Below are positions 57,632 to 64,000 of a stretch of 64,000 bases of DNA, one piece after another (the first letter of the stretch is position 1; each line of letters starts with the position of its first letter). Made by a program: the position numbers and the translations under genes. Origin of the DNA: Deltaproteobacteria bacterium (GTDB lineage: Bacteria > Desulfobacterota > GWC2-55-46). Under the pieces are notes generated by a model. The model ran no database searches, was not told the DNA's origin, and saw nothing but the letters and a program-made list of their open reading frames with translations. The stretch covers positions 200,679 to 264,678 of the forward strand of contig JACRNL010000001.1 of assembly GCA_016234935.1 (NCBI GenBank), written 5' to 3'.

Positions 57632-58243
57632 TCAGCCTGCCAGCTTCTTAGCTATCCCTGCTACGTGCCTGCCCTGAAAGCGCGCCATGGCAAGCTCGTT
57701 TTCGCTCGGCATCCTCGACCCGTCGTGGCCCGCGATGGTTGACGCGCCGTAGGGGCTGCCGCCGCTTATCTCGGCCACGGTCATCTGTCTTGCCTCGGAA
57801 TACGGCATGCCGACTATCACCATGCCGTGGTGCAGGAGCGTAATGTGAAAGCTCAGGATGGTTGACTCCTGCCCGCCGTGCTGGGTGGCAGACGAGGTAA
57901 ATACGCTGCCGGCCTTGCCGATAAGCGAGCCCTTCATCCACAGCCCGCCCGTAGCGTCAAGAAGCGCCCTCATCTGCGCGGTCATGTTGCCGAAGCGCGT
58001 CGGCGTGCCGAAGATTATCGCGTCTGCCGTCGCAAGGTCGTCAACAGTGGCAACGGGAAGGTGCGCGAACTTTTTCCTGGCTTCAAGCGCGTTCATCTTT
58101 TTAAGCACTTCCTCCGGAAGCGTCTCCTCGACCTGAAAGAGCTTGACCTGGGCCCCATTTACCTCCCGCGCACCCTCGGCTACCGCCTCGGCCATCTTCC
58201 AGATATGCCCGTACATACTGTAAAAGACTACATGAACTTTCAT
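57632..58243 (-). CDS. wrbA: NAD(P)H:quinone oxidoreductase, type IV (WrbA flavodoxin-like)
   Basis: [21 protein letters not shown] and a flavodoxin-like fold, consistent with WrbA. 203 aa. Confidence 0.85.
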   Translation of the reverse strand: MKVHVVFYSMYGHIWKMAEAVAEGAREVNGAQVKLFQVEETLPEEVLKKMNALEARKKFAHLPVATVDDLATADAIIFGTPTRFGNMTAQMRALLDATGGLWMKGSLIGKAGSVFTSSATQHGGQESTILSFHITLLHHGMVIVGMPYSEARQMTVAEISGGSPYGASTIAGHDGSRMPSENELAMARFQGRHVAGIAKKLAG

Positions 58244-58346
58244 ACGTAACTCTCCTTTTTTTAAAGGTTATCTGTCATCCGCCGTCAGTTATCGGCAAAA
58301 GACACAAACAATCCCTACTGATAACCGTCAACGGATAACCGTCTCT

Positions 58347-59735
58347 TTACAGCTTATTAAGTCCGTTCATGGCCGCCTCTTTGTAAGCGTCGGAGAGGGT
58401 CGGGTAATTAAAGACAACGTCCTTGAAGTAGTCCACCGTGCCGCCGTAGTTCATGACAGCCTGGCCTATGTGGATAAGCTCCGACGCCTTCTCCCCGACG
58501 ATGTGCACGCCGAGGAGCGCCCGCGTGTCGCGGTTGAAGATGAGCTTCAACATGCCGTGCAGGTCGCCGATAATCTGCCCCCTTGCGACATCCTTGAAAT
58601 AAGCGCAGCCTACCTCGTAGGAAACCCCTTTTCTGGTGAGGCCCTCCTCTGTCTCGCCGACCATTGATATCTCAGGTATGGTATAGACGCCAAAGGGCAT
58701 GAAGGCCGTATACGCGCAGGTCTGTCCCTCTTTCTGAAAGGCGTGGCAAACGGCCCGCCTGCCCTGCTCCATGGACGTCGAGGCAAGCGACGGAAAGCCG
58801 ATGACGTCTCCCACGGCGTAGACGTGCGGCACGCTTGTCTGAAAGCAGTCGTTCACGCTGAGGAGGCCGCGGTCGTTGCAGGTGATGCCTATGGCCTCAA
58901 TGCCGAGCGTGCCGGTGTTGCCCACGCGGCCCATGGTGTAGAGGAGCTTTTGAGAGGTTACGGCCTTGCCGCTTTTAAGACGGGTCTCAACCTTTTGAGG
59001 GCCGGTGACTTTGATGTCAATGACCTCTTCGCCGAGCCGCATGGTAACGCCGGATTGCCTCATCCGGTAGACGAGGCTCGTCACTATCTCCTCGTCGGCA
59101 AATGGCAGGAGCCTCTCCTTTTTCTCCACAAGCGTCACCCTCACCCCAAGGGCTGCGAAGATGCAGGCGTATTCGCAGCCGATCACGCCGCCGCCGACGA
59201 TGGCGAGGTTTTGCGGGATAATATCGAGGCCGAGGATGGTGTCGCTGTCGTAGATGTGCTCTTTGTCAAACGGCACGTCCGGCGGTCTGGCCGGTTTTGT
59301 GCCGGTGGCTATGATTATGCAGTCCGCGGCAAAGCGCAGGATGGTATTGTCTTTTTTTCTTATCGAAAGGCTGTTTTTGTCGATAAAGGAAGCGTCGCCG
59401 TAGATTATCTCCACGTTGTTCCGGCTGAACTGCTCTATTACGACCTCCATCTGCTTTCTGATTACCTCGGTCTTTTTATACATCAGCTCCGAGAGCGTCA
59501 CATCCCTGCCGAGCGTGAACTGAAAGCCGAACACCGCCCTCTGCCTGAAGCCCGCGAGGTAAAGGGCCGTTTCACGCAGCGTCTTGCTCGGCAGTGTGCC
59601 GGTATGGAGCCCGGCCCCGCCGATATAAGGCTGACGCTCGATGATGGCCACCTTTTTGCCGAGCTTCGCGGCCTGTATGGCGGCCTTTTCACCGCCTGGG
59701 CCTGAGCCTATGACGAGGATGTCGTATTTTTTCAT
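58347..59735 (-). CDS. sthA: Soluble pyridine nucleotide transhydrogenase / FAD-dependent pyridine nucleotide-disulfide oxidoreductase (SthA-like)
   Basis: YDILVIGSGPGGEKAA, GGAGLHTGTLPSK and C-terminal HVYAVGDVIGFPSLAS...FNYPTLSDAYK closely track E. coli SthA. Confidence 0.75.
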   Translation of the reverse strand: MKKYDILVIGSGPGGEKAAIQAAKLGKKVAIIERQPYIGGAGLHTGTLPSKTLRETALYLAGFRQRAVFGFQFTLGRDVTLSELMYKKTEVIRKQMEVVIEQFSRNNVEIIYGDASFIDKNSLSIRKKDNTILRFAADCIIIATGTKPARPPDVPFDKEHIYDSDTILGLDIIPQNLAIVGGGVIGCEYACIFAALGVRVTLVEKKERLLPFADEEIVTSLVYRMRQSGVTMRLGEEVIDIKVTGPQKVETRLKSGKAVTSQKLLYTMGRVGNTGTLGIEAIGITCNDRGLLSVNDCFQTSVPHVYAVGDVIGFPSLASTSMEQGRRAVCHAFQKEGQTCAYTAFMPFGVYTIPEISMVGETEEGLTRKGVSYEVGCAYFKDVARGQIIGDLHGMLKLIFNRDTRALLGVHIVGEKASELIHIGQAVMNYGGTVDYFKDVVFNYPTLSDAYKEAAMNGLNKL

Positions 59736-59749
59736 TCTTCCTTTAGGTG

Positions 59750-59898
59750 GATTGCTGAAAAACCCTACTTTTATACAGGCTGCTCAAAAAGCCCCTGCTA
59801 CTAGGCGACGAGGAACGAAGAATGAGACGTGCTTTTGGGCACGTCGCAATGATGAGCGACGAAGGCAACGACGTAGATGGGGCGTTTTCAGCAGCCTG
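59750..59898. repeat. Composite ~150-bp repeat element, family E copy 2
   Basis: Begins 15 bp upstream of the sthA ATG. Same architecture and orientation as 26751-26900. Contains a plus-strand mini-ORF (MRRAFGHVAMMSDEGNDVDGAFSAACWAA) with an AGGAA Shine-Dalgarno. Confidence 0.7.
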
Positions 59899-59912
59899 TT
59901 GGGCGGCCTGAC

Positions 59913-60536
59913 TCATTCGAGCTTGAAGAGGTTATCCGGCAGAGTCAGGTTGATCTCCAGATCGGTCATCAAAACGTCTTCCGTCAAGCCGCCCTTTGCG
60001 TCGTAAGCCATGACGCGAACCGGCAGAAAACTCCTCTTGTCAAGCCAGAGTATGTAGGCGTTCGTGCCAGCCATGGAATAACCGTAGGCGCCGAGAATCT
60101 TTACCTTGACAGTATCCCTTTCGCCTGATTTTTCCTCGGCGAGCACCTCTATGGAGCCGTGGGCTTGAAGCTTGTCAACGTTCTTTAGAAGCGCGCCTAT
60201 GTCGGACTCGGCGATCGTGTGGCCCTTTGAGCTCGTGATGAGCCTGTTGTCCGGACTGAGCGTTACGACGAACGACTTCAAGGCCCCAAGGGGCTGAAGA
60301 CGCGCCTCTTTTCTAACGGGGTCATAAAGCAGAACCGCCCCCGCGTGAGGCTCCACGAAGTTCATGCGCACGTAACCAGGCGTCTTATAAAAATATTTTA
60401 TCACCTCGCGCCCGCCGTCCGACCTTGAATCGAGGGTGACGGCATAGGTCTCCACATTTCTAAAATTATCCATTGCGATGGAAACTATGCCTTTGACGGA
60501 GATATTCAAAGCGAGCCAGAAAAAAAGGGGTAGCAT
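59913..60536 (-). CDS. Hypothetical secreted protein (LolA-like lipoprotein-carrier fold?)
   Basis: N-terminal hydrophobic signal-like segment. Weak resemblance to the outer-membrane lipoprotein-sorting family. No firm motif. Confidence 0.35.
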   Translation of the reverse strand: MLPLFFWLALNISVKGIVSIAMDNFRNVETYAVTLDSRSDGGREVIKYFYKTPGYVRMNFVEPHAGAVLLYDPVRKEARLQPLGALKSFVVTLSPDNRLITSSKGHTIAESDIGALLKNVDKLQAHGSIEVLAEEKSGERDTVKVKILGAYGYSMAGTNAYILWLDKRSFLPVRVMAYDAKGGLTEDVLMTDLEINLTLPDNLFKLE

Positions 60537-60685
60537 CCGCGAGTTTTCCTTTCATACTAAAAGCCAAAAGATAGTTAAACGGACAGATGCATCAAGTATA
60601 GCCATCCGGCGGCATTTTGCAACACGGGAATTGACGCTTCGTCCCTTGACCGCCATGATGCCCCCATGATGCCCTATCGCCGCGC

Positions 60686-62302
60686 CTACTTCTTTTCCTT
60701 CTCTAATATGGGGTAAGCGATGTTCGTGACGTATGAGTTTATCCTCTTCAGATTCGTCAGGATGTCAAGGTGTATGGCGCTCGTGTCTATGGACTCCTTA
60801 AGGCCGATGTAGAGCCGGTGGATATGGGCCTGGCGCATGACGCGCTCCATCTCGGAGACCCTTGCCTTGTGGTTTACGAGTTTTACGGCCAGCTCCGGGT
60901 CTCTGGCGGCAAATGCGGCCACTCCGAGCCTGAAGTTCTCCAGCACCTTCTGGTGCAGCACCATTATCTCGGTCATGCCCTCTTTTGAGAATGAACGCTT
61001 TTCCCTGTGCTTTTTCCTCGCCAGTTCCATGAGGTTCTTGTCTATCACGTCGCCTATGTTCTCCATATTGTCGGAAAAAAGGATTATTTCAAGCTCGCGC
61101 CTTGACTGCTCCTCGGTGAGGCTCTCTCTCGTTATCCGTGTGACATAAAGCTTTATCTCGTGGTCAAGGTAGTCAACGTCGTCGTCCTTTTCTTCGATAT
61201 CTTCTATCAGCGGCAGGTTGTCGTCCGCTATGACCTCTATGGATTTAACCAGCATCTCTTCGACGATATCGGCCTCCCTCTGGCACTCCCTCACGACCTG
61301 CGAAAGGGCCAGGGCCGGAGACGATAGCGCGATGGGGTCAAGATACTTCGGCCCGAACCTGGCGGAAACCGCCCTCTCAGGCATGAGGAGCTTTACAAGG
61401 GCGGTGAATGGGCCGGTAAACGGCAGGAAGATAACGGCCAGGGCGATATTGAAAAGCGTGTGCGCCACCGCGACCTGACGCGCCGGATCAAGGACGGTAT
61501 GGCCGAGGAGCTCGGTGAGCAGGCCGAGGAACGGCAAAACTATCAGCACGCCTGACACCTTGAAAAGTATGTGCGCGAGGGCCACCCTCTTGGCGTCGGC
61601 CGGCGCGCCTATGGACGAAGTGGCCGCGCTGACGCATGTGCCGATATTAGCTCCAAGGACTATCGGCATGGCGGCGTCAATCGACAGCAGGCCTGAATGC
61701 GCCGCCGTAATGGCAAGGCCGAGGGTAGCGGCGCTTGAATGAAAAAGCGCGGTGAGCACGGTCGCTATGATTATCCCTGCAAAGGGGTCCTTGCTCATGC
61801 CGAGGAGCAGGTCTTTCAAAAGAGGGTTTTCGGCGACAGGCCCGAAGGTTTCCATCAATGTCTTCAGCCCGAAAAAGATAAAGCCGAAACCCAGCGCGAT
61901 GCTTCCGGCGTCTCCTGATGCGCCGCTTTTCCCGGCGAGCCTCAAAAGTATCCCGATGCCGATGAGGGCGATCGAGTAATCGTAAACCTTAAAGGCCAGG
62001 AGCTGGACGGTAAGGGTCGTGCCGATGTCCGCGCCGAGGATGATGCCCATTGTCTGGCCGAGGCCGAGAAGTCCGGAGCCGACAAAACCTACGAGCATGA
62101 CGGTGGTCGCGCTTGAGCTCTGAAAAAGCGCGGTTATGGACGCGCCGATGAAAACGCCCTTGAAGCGGTTTGACGTGGCGTTCAGGAGGAATGAACGGAG
62201 CCTGGACCCGGCGGCCTTTTGAAGCCCCTCTCCGGCCAGCCTCATGCCGTAGAGCATCAGCATGACTCCGCCGAAGAAGGTTATAAGGACCAGCGTGGTC
62301 AT
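60686..62302 (-). CDS. Na/Pi-cotransporter II-related protein with C-terminal PhoU-like domain
   Basis: Two Na_Pi_cotrans repeats (ALFQSSSATTVM, ALFHSSAATLGL) followed by PhoU-like helical repeats. Confidence 0.85.
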   Translation of the reverse strand: MTTLVLITFFGGVMLMLYGMRLAGEGLQKAAGSRLRSFLLNATSNRFKGVFIGASITALFQSSSATTVMLVGFVGSGLLGLGQTMGIILGADIGTTLTVQLLAFKVYDYSIALIGIGILLRLAGKSGASGDAGSIALGFGFIFFGLKTLMETFGPVAENPLLKDLLLGMSKDPFAGIIIATVLTALFHSSAATLGLAITAAHSGLLSIDAAMPIVLGANIGTCVSAATSSIGAPADAKRVALAHILFKVSGVLIVLPFLGLLTELLGHTVLDPARQVAVAHTLFNIALAVIFLPFTGPFTALVKLLMPERAVSARFGPKYLDPIALSSPALALSQVVRECQREADIVEEMLVKSIEVIADDNLPLIEDIEEKDDDVDYLDHEIKLYVTRITRESLTEEQSRRELEIILFSDNMENIGDVIDKNLMELARKKHREKRSFSKEGMTEIMVLHQKVLENFRLGVAAFAARDPELAVKLVNHKARVSEMERVMRQAHIHRLYIGLKESIDTSAIHLDILTNLKRINSYVTNIAYPILEKEKK

Positions 62303-62505
62303 GCGGTTTTACCGGAACTGGCGGCTTGCCGACTGTTTTTTAGCATCCTGTTAATATTAGCCCTTATCCGCATATTCCGCAAGCGCCTAAAGGCAGGGGG
62401 ATGAAAAAAATCACCTGTCATGGGGGACAGGGGAGTGTCTTTGAAGGTGACGTGAAACAGCCGGGGATTGCAGGTTAACAGACAGAGGCTTTGTTGTAGC
62501 GCGGA

Positions 62506-63149
62506 TTATTCTACCCTAAAACCGCCGTTTTCGTCGAACTCAACGTTTATCATTATCTCCAGATTATCAGCGCTGAAATACCCTATGTCTTTTCCTTTTA
62601 TCGAGACATGATACCGGAGCGCGTCAACGCGGTCAGGGCAATATTCCGTGGTGACCTGTATGCTGTCACGTATCGAATTCTCTTCCTTTTCGGTTATGTC
62701 GTCAAGCGTGCCTTCGATATCCATATCACGGGTTAAATAGTCCTCCAGGTTTTTATGATCCCCGCTCGCACCCTCAACGTTCATTTCACCATCTTCATAC
62801 CAGTACAGTTTTTGTCCTGAATGTATTACCTCGAAGTGCAGGTGGTATCGTCCTTCAGTGGCCCCTGTATTGCCCGAAGTGCCGATAACATCTTCTTGAT
62901 TGACTGTATCGCCAACATTGACGGATATTCCCTAGCCCTCGGCGCATGGTCAATAACAACGACGAAACCGTATCTTGGATTGAATGATGCCCTTACCACC
63001 ACTCCCCTTTCACTTGCCCTAACGGACGCGCCTTTTACCCTGTAATCCACCCCGAAGTGCTTACTCTTCTTGCCATTTCTTTGTCTCGGCTCGCCGAATT
63101 CACCGCTGATTTCGCCGGTTACCGGCGCCATAAAATTAAGCGTCCCCAT
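62506..63149 (-). pseudogene. M23 peptidase, apparently frameshifted/truncated near 62905
   Basis: N-terminal part HFGVDY...RYGFVVVIDH (M23 HxxxD and catalytic region) continues in another frame as GISVNVGDTVNQEDVIGTSGNTGATEGRYHLHFEV after an in-frame TAG. The segment between the motifs is about 7 aa shorter than in intact M23 domains. Local GC about 40-45%. Confidence 0.5.
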
Positions 63150-63261
63150 GTCTTTACCTCCTCAGGCTTAGTTGTCGATTAGCTCTGTCACATATAAATC
63201 AGCTGCATAATGCGCCTTAACCTGCATGCGAAAAAAGTCCTATCATCTGCTTATTCAGCTT

Positions 63262-63912
63262 TCATTCCTCGTCCGGCAGAATTTCTTCGAATTTCCAGAC
63301 GCCGTCATCTAATTTCAAAACCACTGGAACCGTAATGGGAAAAGGAATGCTACGTTTGTTAAGAGCTATTGTGGAATCATTCTCCCATTTTACAAATTCA
63401 TAGAGGGCATATTCATCTCCTTTTGGCTCATATGAAAGTTCTTCTATGAGATCATCGCCCGCAAAACGCCAGATAAAAACGCCGGCAGGATCAAACGCTT
63501 CACTTGCAGAGACAGCCACAAAGCGCTTCCTGTCAGGAGAAAACCTCGGTATGGCATAAACCACATATTCTTTTCCATTTTTCTCTGATATCATCAATTT
63601 GTCGCTTGGTTCCCCGTAATCGACATCAACAAGAAAAAAACCAACGTCTTTGAAATAATCAAGAAATTTAAAAATTTCACACGTATTCCAACCTGCGCAT
63701 TCGCCAGTATTGATGAGCGCCATATCAGCGCCTGATTTTAATCTTAAATGCAGGGTGTTACCCTCTCTTTTGACGAACGGAGCAAACTTCTCCAACTGTT
63801 CGCGCTCCCTTTTCTCGCCTTCCCCAACAGGCATCTCATCCAGCGTGGCGGCCTGCGTTGGCCGTATTTGGATACATGTCAGCAAAAGAAGAACGGCTAT
63901 GCAAAGCAGCAC
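63262..63912 (-). CDS. Hypothetical lipoprotein (signal peptide with LLTC lipobox)
   Basis: MLLCIAVLLLLTCIQ. No recognisable domain. Lies in the low-GC tail of the window. Confidence 0.4.
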   Translation of the reverse strand: MLLCIAVLLLLTCIQIRPTQAATLDEMPVGEGEKREREQLEKFAPFVKREGNTLHLRLKSGADMALINTGECAGWNTCEIFKFLDYFKDVGFFLVDVDYGEPSDKLMISEKNGKEYVVYAIPRFSPDRKRFVAVSASEAFDPAGVFIWRFAGDDLIEELSYEPKGDEYALYEFVKWENDSTIALNKRSIPFPITVPVVLKLDDGVWKFEEILPDEE

Positions 63913-64000
63913 GGTATTTATTTCCCGAATGCGCTCAGCCCATGCAGGATAATCTATCCCTTTATGCGTTTTGCTTTGTGAACCGTATCCGTCCCCGGTC

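Noticed and set aside
58743-59705. 320-aa plus-strand ORF antisense to sthA
   Set aside because: Antisense artefact. The sthA frame matches E. coli SthA along its whole length.

Overview
The window is a GC-rich (~60%) bacterial chromosomal segment carrying about 60 genes. Almost all lie on the minus strand from 1 to 54.6 kb; a few are on the plus strand after 55 kb.

Gene content, in order:
- A type-IV-pilus regulatory cluster: two minor-pilin/pseudopilin genes with a sigma-54 promoter, a sigma-54 activator (pilR-like), a sensor kinase and pilD.
- argJ, secA, an M23 peptidase, crp/fnr, tldD/pmbA, a short-form ArgA-like GNAT, recN and nadK.
- A Zn-ADH, a DhnA-type aldolase, a YHS protein, folK, a class I/II aminotransferase and a FAH-family protein.
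- The arginine block argG-argF-argD-argB.
- hslVU, xerC, lepB, lepA, a DciA-like protein, a TrmN6-like methyltransferase, a DUF1015 protein, kdsC, a GH57 enzyme and glcF/glcD-like genes.
- An OmpR-type regulator, followed by the conserved block M16 peptidase, pnp, rpsO, truB, nrnA, rbfA, DUF503, infB, ylxR, nusA and rimP.
- A small redox/stress cluster (BON protein, YkgJ-like protein, alpha/beta hydrolase, wrbA, sthA), a Na/Pi cotransporter, and a low-GC tail containing a frameshifted M23 peptidase and a lipoprotein.

I found no rRNA, tRNA, CRISPR array, transposase or integrase.

The most unusual content is not a gene cassette but several families of short GC-rich palindromic or stem-loop repeats. 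Two of them (core GGGGTTGAACCCCCTGAGGGGGCTCAGCCCC and core GCAGGGTGTGACACCCTGCGAGGG) occur in intergenic DNA and also as in-frame insertions inside housekeeping genes. They add oligopeptides such as GVEPPQG, KGLSPLRG and GVTPCEG to the sensor kinase, ArgJ, RecN, XerC, DciA-like, MTase, DUF1015, GH57 and M16 proteins. A separate ~150-bp composite element sits about 15 bp upstream of the start codons of three minus-strand genes (argB, sthA and the YHS gene), always in the same orientation. An unannotated 37-codon ORF with 9 cysteines and a strong Shine-Dalgarno sequence lies between wrbA and the hydrolase gene. All coordinates and repeat consensus sequences come from direct reading of the sequence; family-level protein assignments rest on recognisable motifs, with no database search run.
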